This document shows positions 52,026 through 64,000 of a stretch of DNA of 64,000 nucleotides, piece by piece. Below the pieces are notes generated by a model. The model saw nothing but the letters and a program-made list of their open reading frames with translations, did no database searches and was not told where the DNA came from. The DNA comes from Vicugna vicugna (Eukaryota). Position numbers and translations under genes: made by a program. Numbering within the stretch: the stretch's first letter is position 1; every line of letters starts with the position of its first letter. The stretch covers positions 1,240,001 to 1,304,000 of the forward strand of contig MU058718.1 of assembly GCA_013265495.1 (NCBI GenBank), in the 5' to 3' direction.

Positions 52026-52754
52026 TTCATTATTAATACTTGTGGGGGAAAGTGCATTTCTTTTGCTCTGTCAGCGTGGTACAGCAAGAAACTCTCTTGG
52101 AATGTGCTTCTGTGGCTTTCTTAGATAAATGGAATACTCTTGAGGTTAGTGGGATTTACAGCAGGCTTATTCTCTGGTCTAAGCCAGTAATGCCTTAGCT
52201 GTTTAATAAAACATTTCCTGGTTTCATATTTAAAACTCCACTGACTTCCTACTCCTCTAGGCCAATTGATGTTTTTCTTTTCCTATTTTCATGTGACTTA
52301 ATTCCTAGAACAAATGGGAAATCTCAAGGAAGAGAAACTAATCAAATGCCCCATCTCTGTCTTGACTCTGTCAGGTCACTGTGGTAAGTAGCTTTGGACA
52401 TTAGAAAATTCTTTTTTTGTTAGAATTGGGTAGAATCAAATAAATTTTAGAGCCAAAAGGTATTATAGACCTTAAAGATTATCCAGGGTAATGGTTTTCT
52501 TTTTTTTAAGTAGTAGGAATCTACCTTCTCCTGTCCCTGCCGCCCTTTTAATAAATGAAATTTTATGCAGCAGCCCATTGGAATGAGAAAACACAGACAG
52601 GTGCTGTTGTTGAAGTGGGGATGAGGAGACTGGCGTTCACCCTCTCTGTCTGCTCTTTGCAGGCCACCTTTTAATATAGCTCTCCCTGATGTATCTCTTT
52701 GTCACAGTTAGAAAAAGTGGCATGTAACAAATTCATTGTACAGATGAAGGAATG

Positions 52755-54085
52755 CCTGGTTTTCCTTCTACCTCACTGGCTACTTCTCCTCAATCTCCTT
52801 TGCTGGATTCTCTTTATTTTTCTATCACCAGGACTCCTTAGGACTCTGTTCTTGGACCTTGCCTCTTTCTAGAGTCACATCTTAGATGATTCTTTTCAAT
52901 TCTCATGGCTTTCAATTCCATCTATATGCTACTGATTCCCAAATTTATATCTCCAGCCCAGCCCTCTCTCCTGAAATCCAGACATTTCCAACTGCCTAAC
53001 TGACACCTTTCTTGGATGTCTAACAGACAGCTCAAAATTAACACGCCCCAAATGGGACTCCTGACCTTCTCCTGCAAAGCCCACTCAATCTTATTTAATG
53101 GCAACTCTGTCCTTCCAGTTGCTCCATCCCCAAAATCTTAAGAGTAATCCTTGACTTCTTTCTCTCATGGTCCACATGTAATCCAGGAAATCCTGTAACC
53201 TCCACCTTCAGAATATATTTGACTTCTCCTTCATTGCTATTAACCTGGCTTGTGCCATTAACATTTCTCATCTGGATTTTGAAATAGTATGGCCTCTTTT
53301 CTTAATTGGGGTGATAATATAATTTATCATCCAGACTGGGACACTATAAAGACTCAAACGGGAGGGGCATTAATTATTGTATTGAGACATACTTACTGCC
53401 CAGGATTGTTCCGGGCAAACAGGAGGTGTGGTCACCCTCCTCTTAACTCATCTTCCTGTCTCTATTCTTGCTACCTTGCAGTCCAATCCCAATATCTGCC
53501 AGAGTGCCCCTGTTCAAATCAAGGTTTAGATCAGATCATACTATTCTAAGCCCATCCCTGGGCTTCATTTCACTCAAAGTAAAAGCCAAAGTCTTTACAA
53601 GGTTCTTAGCCTTCTGAACCCCTGTTGCCCTCCACCCACATTTCCTATTGCTCTCCTCCTCTGCCTCTCTCTTCGGCAGCCTCTTCTCTGTTTTTCAGTC
53701 ATGCAGGGATGCTCCCACCTCAGGACCTTTGCATTGGCTCTTTATTTGTCTGAAATGCCCATCCCCTAGCATTTACATGATGGTATCCCTTATCTCCTTC
53801 ACTTGTCACTTGGTCATTTAGACCTACACTTACCATGTTATTTTAAATTATAACCACCCTCTTCTACTCCCTATTTCCCTTTGTTTTTTTCCCTTAATTT
53901 TTTCAAAGTACTCCTCTAATATTTCATGTAACTTACTTATATTTATTTCCCATCTCCAGCCAATAGACTGTCAGCCCCATGTGGACAGGAACTTTTTTTT
54001 GTTTGGTTTCTGCTACCTCCTGAGCCTAGAACAGGGCTCAGTACACATGGTTGGAACTCAAAAGATACTTGTGGATAACTGAGTG
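52755..54085 (+). mobile_element. L2 (L2a-like) ~1.3 kb 3' segment
   Basis: catctatatgctactgattcccaaatttatatctccagccc (RT YADD remnant); cttggatgtctaacagaca; cctcaggacctttgca; 3' end near 54020-54085. Confidence 0.9.
53308..53438. mobile_element. MER94 hAT-Blackjack MITE nested in L2
   Basis: TIRs ggggtgataata...tgtggtcaccct; internal tataatttatcatccagactgggacact; degenerate 8-bp TSD ttcttaat / ctcttaac. Confidence 0.85.
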
Positions 54086-55117
54086 AAGAAGCCAGAAACT
54101 TTCAAAAAAATAAAGAGCTTCCTTCAGTTACTAGATGACTTTGTGGGAAGTCTGAATCTGGAGCCAGAGTCTCTGACTTCCCATCTAAGGGCTTTGGGTG
54201 GGACTGCAGGACAATAGCATGGGATGGATAATATAACAGACCAAACCACTAATTGTTCAGCAGAGCTCTGCTCTAACTGGGTATTTTATCTCGTTCAGAT
54301 CTGGATGTCGTTTCTGAAATCTGGATACTAAAAATGACATTGGAAATGGATTAGAGAAATGCATGAAGAACTAATTCTTGGTAGAAGTAATTCTTAGTTT
54401 TGAGAGCAGTGATGTGAAAACAAATGAAATCCTATTCAGAGGATGATCTGAGAAGGATTTCTGCTTCAATCCTATTGAATGAGAGATTAAAGTAGACTTT
54501 TTGTGGTGACTGCTTCTGAAAACAGAATAGTTCTAAGAAACTGGCTATGTTTGAGGAGGAGAATGGTAGGCTGGAAGCTAGGTTCTGCAAATGCTTGGAA
54601 ATCTGGAAATCTTGGGCTCGGTGTAGTTGTACTTTCATCCTCTGTTTCTTTGAAAATACAAATTTTGCCTTCCTGCAAATAGTAGGGTGATGAGTGGATC
54701 AAATTTTCAGTATTGGTATGTGGATTGCTGCCGGTAATGTGTGACTTCTTCTATTTCTTATGCCTGAAGTGTCCTCCCCACACTGTTTCCTAAGTTTCTT
54801 CCAAACAGGAACCCGAAGTTTAATTGATTTCAGTAGTTTGAAATACTCACATGTTGCTTTGTAAATGCCATTTTCAAAATGTTACTGAACTATTTTCATG
54901 AGAGTCTGTATCTCCAGTTAAATTTAAAATCTGGGGGTAGAGGATGAGTGTCTGTGTACCCCACTGCCTTTTTTTTTTAAACTTTCTCTTATAGTAAGGC
55001 TATTTATCTCATAAGGACTGATGAAGGGAATGAGAAGATCTTAATTTCACTTTCAGTTTTAACTTTTACTCCCTATACAATCTCTCTGAAATTCAGTTTT
55101 CTCCTCTGTAAAGTGAG

Positions 55118-55161
55118 AATAATAATAGTAGTAGTAGTAGTAGTAGTAATAATAATAATAA
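55118..55161 (+). repeat. Compound (AAT)n(AGT)n(AAT)n microsatellite within a MIR core
   Basis: aataataatagtagtagtagtagtagtagtaataataataata directly follows the MIR core ttcagttttctcctctgtaaagtgag. Confidence 0.85.
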
Positions 55162-55214
55162 CTTCAATGAGTGAGGCAGAGGATCAAATAAATAAAAATG
55201 TATTAATATCTATT

Positions 55215-55738
55215 GGGTTGCCTGTTTCGAACCCTCACTTTTGGGTAGCTGACCCCTACCACACCCAGCCCTCTCCGTGGTGACAGTGGCTGGGCTCTTA
55301 TAAGCCAGACTTGAGTAACATGACCCAGCCTCCCTACCCCAGGTGACTGACAAAGGATGCATGGTTACCTGACCAAGGAGGTCCTTTAAACACTTGGAAT
55401 TAACAACGCAAAATTCCAGTTTCACCTGGCTGTCCTTTTAAACAAAGAAGAGGAAAACTCACAAGCTTTTGTTTGGTGACATTTTTTTCAACCATGTAGT
55501 TGAATCATAGAGAAAGCAGTGCTGCAGTTAATAAGAATAAAATAAAGACAAAAGAAAGAGAAGATTTTGGGAGGTTCCTGGACTAGGACATTCTACTTCC
55601 TCATTCTTGGGGGCTCAGCTGCATTCCTGCCCTGAGATCAGTGAGATACTCTGGTAGCCACGTAATCAATTATTATTATTATTTGTTTTATTTCTTGAGT
55701 TGGTTTCTGTTACAACCAGAAGCATGCTGGTTAATGCA
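55215..55738 (+). mobile_element. LTR16-like ERVL solo LTR
   Basis: ggtgactgacaaaggatgcatggttacctgaccaag; terminus ttgagttggtttctgttacaaccagaagcatgctggttaatgca. Confidence 0.6.
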
Positions 55739-58319
55739 TTATGTGTGAAGTTGATTTGTAAATCAGATATAAAGGATAATTACCCAGTAATTTATTTTTC
55801 GCTGTGTTTCATATTCTCCTTTTATGCTTGAGTCCTAGTGGCAGCAAAAATGTGTTGAGAGTTTGAAGTGAATCAACACCTGAACCTCCACTTCCATCCC
55901 CAGCACTCACTGAGACATCCTTTGTACCAGCAGTGACCACATATCAAGTGCACTCTGTGCAGCTGATAACAGCTCTTCTGTGGGCAAGAAAGGAATCGGG
56001 ACTTCTGTGGTAGCAAGCTTAGACCGAGTCAGGGAAGTAGGCACGCCCGGACCCTAAGAATGACTATTTCAACAAAAAGTTTCTTAGAGGAATAATTCTT
56101 TTATTTTGAGGGAAGGGTGCTGGTGCTGGTGGGCTAGCAACCAGTGACTTTGGGTGATGCTGTTTCATGGCATTGCTTTCGGAATCACTTGAGGCCAGAA
56201 CTTGCAGGGAGACAGGGCTGTGCTTCAGTAAACACTCACATGAGGTCCATTTTGGTTTTGCTCACACCACTTCATAATGTGACTTCTAAGAGCCAAGATA
56301 AAATGAGACAGATGTGCTGCATGGTTGGATGCAAAGATCTGTAAGTTGAACTCTTTTCCTTTAATTTCATATCAAACTTTTAAAAACTTTGAGAGAGATT
56401 CTAACAAAGAACCCATTCAAGTTCTCTACCCTCATAGGGAATTTGAAAACATGCGTTATGCCAGCATCTTGGCTGTTTGTTAGCTACAGAGGATGCAGTT
56501 AAGAGCACCAGTGAACATTTCTCCATACCTCCCATGGGTGAAATCAGTAAATGAAGTTAATTGCAGACATCCATGTCAGAAATAATTTTGGGGTGAGAAC
56601 AATGGTGAGCAACCTTGCCCTCCACCAGGAAGGAGCAGCTCTGTGTGGCAAATGTCCCAGCTGGCATTGCACGATGAGGAAAGCCCCATTTCAATATCAT
56701 CTGTTCTTTTAGTTAAAACTCAAGTGCCTTGCCTACAGCTGAGCTTGATCTGTCTCCCACCACTGGAAGATGCAGCGAGGGTCTTGAACACTCCATGAGC
56801 ACAGTGGTTGTTTTTAGAATGTGGCAGAAATGGATACAGCGGAAAACAGATGTCAGAGTGACATGCTTAAGCCATCTTCTGCTGAGAGGTGGCCAGCTAG
56901 TGAAGGAACAGGATGGTCAAGCAGAATACTCACCAGAGTTAAATTGAATGGCCCAGATGAGACCCACCAGGGTTCCCTCAGCTGCAGTTTAAATGTGAGA
57001 GAGATCCACCATCTCTAATGGAGTTTGCAGTGGAAACTTGCTTCCTCCCAAATTTACTTTCACCCCTCTCCTACACATTGATTTTAATAGTTTTAAAATA
57101 TCCTGAAAAATAGATGACCAAATGATTTTGTTCTCCTCAAAGTTCTCTGCTAGGGCCTGTTCTCTTTTAACTTTTTGAGTATTAATTATCATTCTATAAG
57201 AGTTCAGTGACGTGTGAATTTGGAAATACCCAATAAAAAGATTTATGGCAATGCAAATTACACGCAATTATATTGCAGTTCAGTGATTTAAGAATGTTCT
57301 AAAGCTGAAAAAAAAAGTATTCTTTAGTTGATCTAAATATAAAACAAATAGCAGAAAGGGACTCGGTGTTAGCGATTCACATATAGTATCAAATTCCAAG
57401 ATAACTGGTAATACTGTTGTATTGATTTCTTTGCAAGTAATGAGTATTACATAGTTCAGAGAGCAAACACTCTGGAATTAGACTTGTGTGTGGATCCTGG
57501 CTCTGCCACAGCAAGTGCATCATTTTGGGCAATTTGAAAGTCTTAAAACCTCAGATTCCTTTTTGTTAAGTTTAGAGTAAAATCCACCTTACAGAGATGT
57601 AATGAGAATGAAATGAAATAATAAACATAAAGACGTGGTGTTGCTGTCAGCCAAGTGAGTGTTCTTGCTTCCTGCGTTGTACGTACTCCCGCTTTTCTTC
57701 CAGGTTACACTTGCAGCTAGCCCGTACTACCTTGTTTCGATGCCTTTTCTTGCCCACCCCCAAGTTATTTAGTTTTTAATTGATTTTTCTCTTCAAGGAA
57801 GCATTGCAAGCAAGAACAACAGAACCAGTGAAAAACAATCCCTTAGGAATAAGTTGATTAATTACTGTTGATTATTTCCAGTGTTGAGTATAGTAACTGA
57901 CATTTAATAGGTACTTAAGATTTTTGATTGACTGATTGTTCACCAGATGCTCTAACTTAAAATTTCAAGCTTTAATTTAAAAGGAGTAGCCACCATTATT
58001 ACCAAGCAAGGAATTAAAACTTTCTTAGAAAAATACCGCTAAGTATAAAAGGGTACCATGATTTCTTCCAGAGAATTGAATTAGGAACAAAAGTTGAAAA
58101 TCATAGGGAAGGTAATTTCAGCTCAGTTTAAAGAACTGTTTAACAATTAGGATTGCCCGTTTGTATAGTGGGTATTCTTGTGAGACATATTAGAAGATAA
58201 AATATCTTAAAAACACTCACTTTCCCTGAACTGTCTCCTTACTTATATTGTATCCTGTATGGATATTATTATTATATTTTGATGAACTCTAATTTATTTT
58301 TTATTGCTTGCAGTTTATA

Positions 58320-58395
58320 TATATATATTTCAAGTTATTTTCCATTATGGCTTATTACAGGAAATTGAATATAGTTCCCTGTGCTATACAGTATT
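58320..58395 (-). mobile_element. Short artiodactyl-type L1 3'-end fragment
   Basis: tttccattatggcttattacaggaaattgaatatagttccctgtgctatacagta, similar to the L1 at 16812-17540. Confidence 0.7.
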
Positions 58396-60561
58396 TTTTA
58401 TTAATTGAAATCTTAAGAGGTTTTTATTTACCTGTGTGTACCAGATCATTTTATTAAACTTTAACCACTCACTGTATACTATATGTCTTGAAATTTCAGA
58501 GCCATGTCCCCTTCTGGACAAGCATCACGAAGGCCTCACCCTGTCTTAGGTGAATGTTAGCTGTAGGGGTGTGGATATAAGATAAGTGAACAGGGACTGT
58601 GCTCTACCTCTGCTTGTGACTCAGTCTTGGAAGTTCAAGAAGTGAACATTCAAAATTTAACTGCATGCCAAATCAGGTAGCCAGGCTCCAAGAAAAGGTT
58701 TTCTGAAAAATTGTCTGGGCCCTCCTATTGCATGTTCTTCACTAGTGCCCCCAGGTAATTTACTCAGCCTCTGCTGGGTGACCAACTGGGCATCTAACAT
58801 TGGTGGCAAGTGAGAGCCAGTTTTATGTCATTCTCTGTCATCAGATGGGCTTTAGGAACCCACTGGGGTCCCACCCTAGAGATACCTTTGTCTCCCAGAT
58901 CGAGGGGAGGAATGGAGAGAGGGGAAAGGAAAGGCTATACTGAATTGACTTTTCCATTCATCCTTAGTCTTCCATCTGTTTTAAAAGACTAAGTCAGTTT
59001 CTCTTAAGAGCTAATCAGTCTCATTCAGTTTGGGAGGGAAATTTGAAATCTGACTGACTTCCAAGAGCTGTATGTCTATTGACTTGGACTTGCCTGGAAC
59101 CATCCAGAGAGGCGGTGGAAGCTTCCGCCCTTGCAGAGCCACTTATAGAGCCGATGCAGGAGGTGCGAGGTGGGCAGGTGAGCTCTATGTTCTTTTACAG
59201 ATTGGGGGAGCTATGGGAATTTCTAAGACCAGGTAGAATGAATTCTGATTTTGGAGGTGAGAAAATTCTGGACCAGAAGCTTTTACTATGTGATTCTGCT
59301 TGTAGAACCTCTGCTTGCTGTAGCTATTAGAATCTCAATCCAGTTACTGGGTGAAATCTGTGCATTTTCTTTAGTGCTAGTTTCACAAAGGGGTCGACCA
59401 GAACTCTTTACCTCCCAGCCCAATTTTTAGCTGCTCAGAAGGAAGCTGTGGAAACACCTTGGATTTAATCATGGCAAATGATATGTTTACCTCAGAATCT
59501 TTTTCAGTTAATGAAAACCTGGAAAATATCAATTTGGTCATAATGCAAAGTCCAGAAAGCAGTAAATAATTCTAGCACCTTTCTGTGTCCGTGAAACACA
59601 GAACTAGCTTTGTTTTATTTTTTGTATCTAAATCTATTTTCTGTTTTAAATCTCAGTGGGATATATTTTCAGCTTTGAAAGGCTCATTAAATCACAGATC
59701 CTTAAATTAGGTTCCTTCCAATGGGTTTGAAAAACACAAACACCCATAGTTCTACTAATTCATAGTATCTTGAGTTGTCTAAGGGGAACATACTCATGTT
59801 CAGACAGAGAGACTTGGTCAAACTACTGAATCACCACAGGGCAAAACATTTCAGTCTGTCGGTGTATCCTTGAAGGAATCTGCCCATATCAGTATTGGTC
59901 TCTTAATCTGTATTTGGTATGTAGTCTTCACTTTATGACTGGCAGATTAAATACTTCAGTTACATGCTTTGAAAGGGCTATAAAGAACAACTCATGCTAA
60001 AAGTATTCCTGCTTAGGCCATGGCTTGGGTGGAAGGAGGAAGGGTTTTGAAATTGGCATGGGGCAGGTGTTGCTTCCTGAGGCTGGCGCTGCGATGGTGG
60101 TGCAGGGTGTGCATGCGTTTAGTAGTCAGAGCTTACTGAGTTCCTGCTGTGTGCCGAGACCTGTCTTGGACACTGTGGATACTACTGTCTACCTCATGGG
60201 CTTAACAGTTTTGTCCATTGCTCGTGATTGTTAGGGATAGCTTATAAGAGCTATGTGAAGGGAAGCATGAAGTCAAGTTATGGTATTGATGGGTTTGGGG
60301 CTGATCCCAGCACAATCCTTTCTTATGTGTGGGCTCCCAGGGGTCAGGCTCCAGGAAGGCAACATAGACTTCTTGGTCAAGAAGTCAATGGTAAGTCCTC
60401 AGATTGGAGGCTAATTCAAGTTTTTATGTGTTATAAATGTCTTAGCAGAAATTCAGTTTAAGCTATGAAATAAAAAATAGCAAGGGAATTGTATGTGATC
60501 AGGAGCATAAAAATAATTTTTATCTTATTGCTCACTTTGTAAAAAGTTACTGATTCAGAAA

Positions 60562-60770
60562 TGGCTAGCATTATTGAGTTCTTACTGTGTACCAGGAGCT
60601 GCGCTAAGTATCCTATATACATAGTCACGTTTATCTTCAGCATCAGCCTTATGTTTCTACTGTTTGAGAGTTGAGGCTCAGAGAAGCTAACTTGTTCAAC
60701 GTCATGTGGCTACTGAATGGGAGGGAAGGCAGTGAGCTTGAATCCTAGTCTCTGCTTCAGGGCTCATGCT
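60562..60770 (-). mobile_element. MIR SINE
   Basis: gctagcattattgagttcttactgtgtaccaggagctgcgctaag...tgaggctcagagaagctaacttgttcaacgtca...cttgaatcctagtc. Confidence 0.8.
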
Positions 60771-62029
60771 CTCATCTGGTCACTTGATGGAGCTCCTGGT
60801 GTTGGAGGAGGCATATAGAAAAACCGAGACCTACTGCTCCTTCTGTCTTCTCCAGCCCACTGATGGCCCTGTTACCTTCCCAAGTCAGAAACCTGGCAGT
60901 CACCTTGGCCTCTTCTCTTCCTCTCCTGCCTCTTTTGCCCACCTATCAGTCTTTTAAGTCCTGATGATTTTAATTCATAGTATTTCTTGAATTTGCTTGT
61001 ATTTATCATTTTTCACCTGGACAACGTCAGTCATTTCCTAGCCAGCATCTCCAGCTCTCTTCCAATCCAGTCTTTACAACAACACTGAAGAAGAAATATG
61101 TGCCACATCCCTGCTTAAAAACCTTCAGTGATTTCCATCATGATCTGGACCCTCCACTCACTCCTTTCTCTCACTCTGTGCTCTGAGGACTGTGAACTAG
61201 TTGCAGTTGGCTGACTGTGCTGTTGCTTCCATGCCTCCACCTATCCTCTTCTCTCTGACCAGGATGCCCTCCTCATGGTTTTCTGCAAACTGGCTCTGAT
61301 GTCTCCTTTGAGAAGCCTTTCCTGGCCCTCCCAGTTGGAGGTAGGTTCCTTGACTCTGACTGCACCTTATCTGTGTCTCTGTGATAATAATCATTGCTTT
61401 GAACTGCAGTTTAGTACCTGCCTGTTTTCCCTACTATGCAGTGAATATATCAAGGCAGAGAAATGGAATGTATCAGATTGACACTGAGCATCTGCTGTGT
61501 GCCACATTTTAGGAGAAGCTGTTCACACCAAAAGGAGCAACCAGTACAAGCATCTTACAGAAGTCCCACCAGAATTCCTGCTTAGGGTCATCGGAAGAGA
61601 AGCTTTCCATATAGGAAGCCATGACACTTAGACACTTATTTAGCTGGTGTGATCAGCTCATATACCGAATGTTGGTCCTGTCAGCATGGCCCCTCTCTAT
61701 TTCTCCACTGGAATGCACTTATTTAGGCTTCCCACTCACCTCCTTAACTATGCCGTCCTCTTAAGTTTGCAGCAGGGAAAGTTTTGCTAGATCTGGTATC
61801 CCTCCTTCTTAACTGGGCATAGTCCTTTTGTCCCTGCACATTCAGAGATGTCACAGAAACACAGTCTGTTTGTCTCCTCCCTGAGCAGTATGCCCTTCTC
61901 TCCATTTCTTTGCATTTCAGTTTTTTAAAAAAATTTTTTAGTTTGTTTTTAAAAAATAACTGGCAGTACATCATTCATAAGTTTTCTCTGGGGTAGTTTG
62001 TAAAATGGGGCTCTTACCTTTGGAAAAAT

Positions 62030-62259
62030 TATGTACCCTTCATTTGGAGCTCAGTTTTATTCTAAGGTGTTCCTTAGGCCATTATCCTCTCTCAGCTTTG
62101 CAAATCCTGACACGTGCACAGCCTTGTCACTACTCCCCATTAGCAATGAAAGACGTCACCATCGCATTAAGCATTCTTGCACTAAGCTTGGGCACAGCCT
62201 CAGAATCTTGCCTAACCCAGCGTTTCAAGTAGCTGCTACCAATGATTTGGAATTGACAC
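62030..62259 (-). ncRNA. Candidate exon (terminal or internal) of a minus-strand spliced transcript
   Basis: Minus strand: branch-like CTGAT, acceptor ttttcctcttag|G at 62260/62259, AATAAA at 62061-62056, and an alternative donor AAG|gtaaga at 62018/62017. Confidence 0.3.
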
Positions 62260-63019
62260 CTAAGAGGAAAACTATCAGTGTCTTCAATCCACAGGGTCCC
62301 TTTGACCTGTGTTTTGCCTAGTATTTCCCGGAGAAGATGAAACGGTTTTTCCCCAGGGACCACAACATGACCTTCATTAATTTTTATCTTGCTCCCATGA
62401 AATTATTAGGTCCTTGTGGAAAAGGACCTAATGGAAAATTTAAGAATCTGCAAAATTCCTCTTGGATATAATGTTAAAAGCACACAAAATCTAGATTTAT
62501 TTGCAGTTGCCAGGAACTTCCGTCTGCCCATGAGGAGAGGACTTTAGAAAGTAGTCACTGAACTGGCCCTCTGCCTTACACCAGAAGGTCAAACTGCTGA
62601 TAGATCTAACAAGATAATGTACACATGGTGTGAAAAATAAGGAAAATAATTTGAAAAGCTTATAGAAGTGAGACAGACTTTTTTTTTAAAAGTAAAGGAG
62701 CAGAGTGAATGTTACTTGTGTATTGAAACACAATAATAAAAACCACCGAGGGAAAACTAAAATCTAGGTTTCAGTTAAAATTTAATATGATTATTCGCCA
62801 AGGTCAGATAGCTAAATATTGTACTTGCTTTTATTTCATTTTTATTTTGTTTGTTTTTGCCTTAACATAATCTTGAATGACAAGAAAACCCATATGTGTG
62901 TCCTATGAGGTAGCATTATAACTATTTAGCCAATTGAGGATAAATTTCAGCTTTAAACTAAGAGCATAGTAGTGGGCTACAGAGAGACTGTCTATGAGTC
63001 AATATTGAACAGTAGGAAA

Positions 63020-63190
63020 GAGGCTGAGCTAGGAGGCAGGGAGATTAGAATTTCTTCTGGTCTCTGCCTATTGCCAGCTGTGTGATGCTGGACAGATTGT
63101 TTAATGTCTCTGAGCCTCACTCTGTGTGTGTAAAATGGAGATAGTCACTATACCTACATGAATGTATAGTGCTGTAAGTCACTTCAAAAA
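63020..63190 (+). mobile_element. MIR SINE
   Basis: tggtctctgcctattgccagctgtgtgatgctggacagattgtttaatgtctctgagcctcac...tgtaaaatggagata. Confidence 0.8.
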
Positions 63191-63318
63191 CTTGGCATAT
63201 AATCAGGAATCAGTTAATGGGGGTATTACGTGACAAGTGGACCTATAATAAATGAACATGTGTTTTATTATTTAAATTGCAGTCTGAATGACTGCCCTTG
63301 GTTAAGATTATTTCTTAC

Positions 63319-63376
63319 CTCTCTAACAGATCTTTTCACGAAGAGACCCCTATATCAACACAACAGCAGACTTGAA
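63319..63376 (-). ncRNA. Candidate 58-nt internal exon, closed in all three frames
   Basis: Minus strand: ttaatctcctctccag|TTCAAG...TTAGAGAG|gtaaga, with a strong acceptor and donor. Confidence 0.35.
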
Positions 63377-64000
63377 CTGGAGAGGAGATTAACTTTGAAC
63401 AAACAAATCCAAGTCTGATATGATCTTAAAGACAGGGTTGACTTTATTTGTGGCAGCTGCACTAGGTCTACCCCAAGGCCACCAATACTATATGTGCTCA
63501 ATGTTCAGCCCAGGAGAGGTTGGAGCCCTCCAGAAAAATCACCCCAGTGGCGGAGAATGACACGATTAACCTAGCTCCTAGAATGGACAATCTTTTACTG
63601 GGCACAAGATTCAACCTTTAGCAGCTGCTCCAAGAGCAGTTATAAACAGACCCAGTGAACTTACCTGTTGCCCCCTCATAGCCTTTGAACCAACATATGT
63701 ACTCAGAGAGAGAACAAGACAGAAATGATTATCAGTTGGTCTTCAGATCCATAAAGTTCCTCTTATGGGCAAATAGAGTTCTGATTTTGACAGCCCTCAT
63801 TGCAGCTCCCAAGGAAATCAGGATTGCTGTTCTTATTTTATAGGCAGAAAACCCAAGGCACCAAGGGATTAAATAATTTGTATTGGAACAAGATTTTACT
63901 AACTCCATAGAAAATTGACCTAAAACTTAAACATGGATAAACCACATCCTTTATTTAAACAATATTTTATAGTCTATGATGAAAGAATACTTAGAGATGG

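Noticed and set aside
61918..61962. AT-rich inverted repeat
   Set aside because: Low-complexity A/T runs; the symmetry is trivial.
1..64000. The six-frame ORFs (60-127 aa) as protein-coding genes, or a prokaryotic-type system (CRISPR, defence operon, phage)
   Set aside because: The DNA is mammalian. The ORFs are short, overlapping, often inside repeats, many begin at non-ATG codons, and none resembles a protein I recognise. There is no regularly spaced direct-repeat array.

Overview
This is mammalian, not microbial, genomic DNA, most likely from a camelid (camel, llama or alpaca). The lineage call rests on two tRNA-Ala(AGC)-derived SINEs that resemble the camelid Vic-1 family; a short Tigger1 derivative and artiodactyl-type L1 3' ends are consistent with it. 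The window is essentially non-coding (intergenic or intronic) and holds many ancient eutherian repeats: MIR, L2, L1M, MLT1, LTR16/LTR33, MER5, MER20, MER33, MER94 and Tigger1. I recognise none of the listed six-frame ORFs as a known protein. The non-repeat signals are: a CpG-rich promoter-like element at ~34.4-34.9 kb with a possible first-exon donor; a candidate terminal exon at 101-~360; a candidate spliced minus-strand, probably non-coding transcript at ~62.0-63.9 kb; a strong CTCF motif at 5943-5957; and a few enhancer-like motif clusters. I found no support for a novel biological system such as a CRISPR array, operon, intact mobile element or viral ORF. Repeat families were assigned from remembered consensus sequences, not by alignment, and boundaries are approximate.
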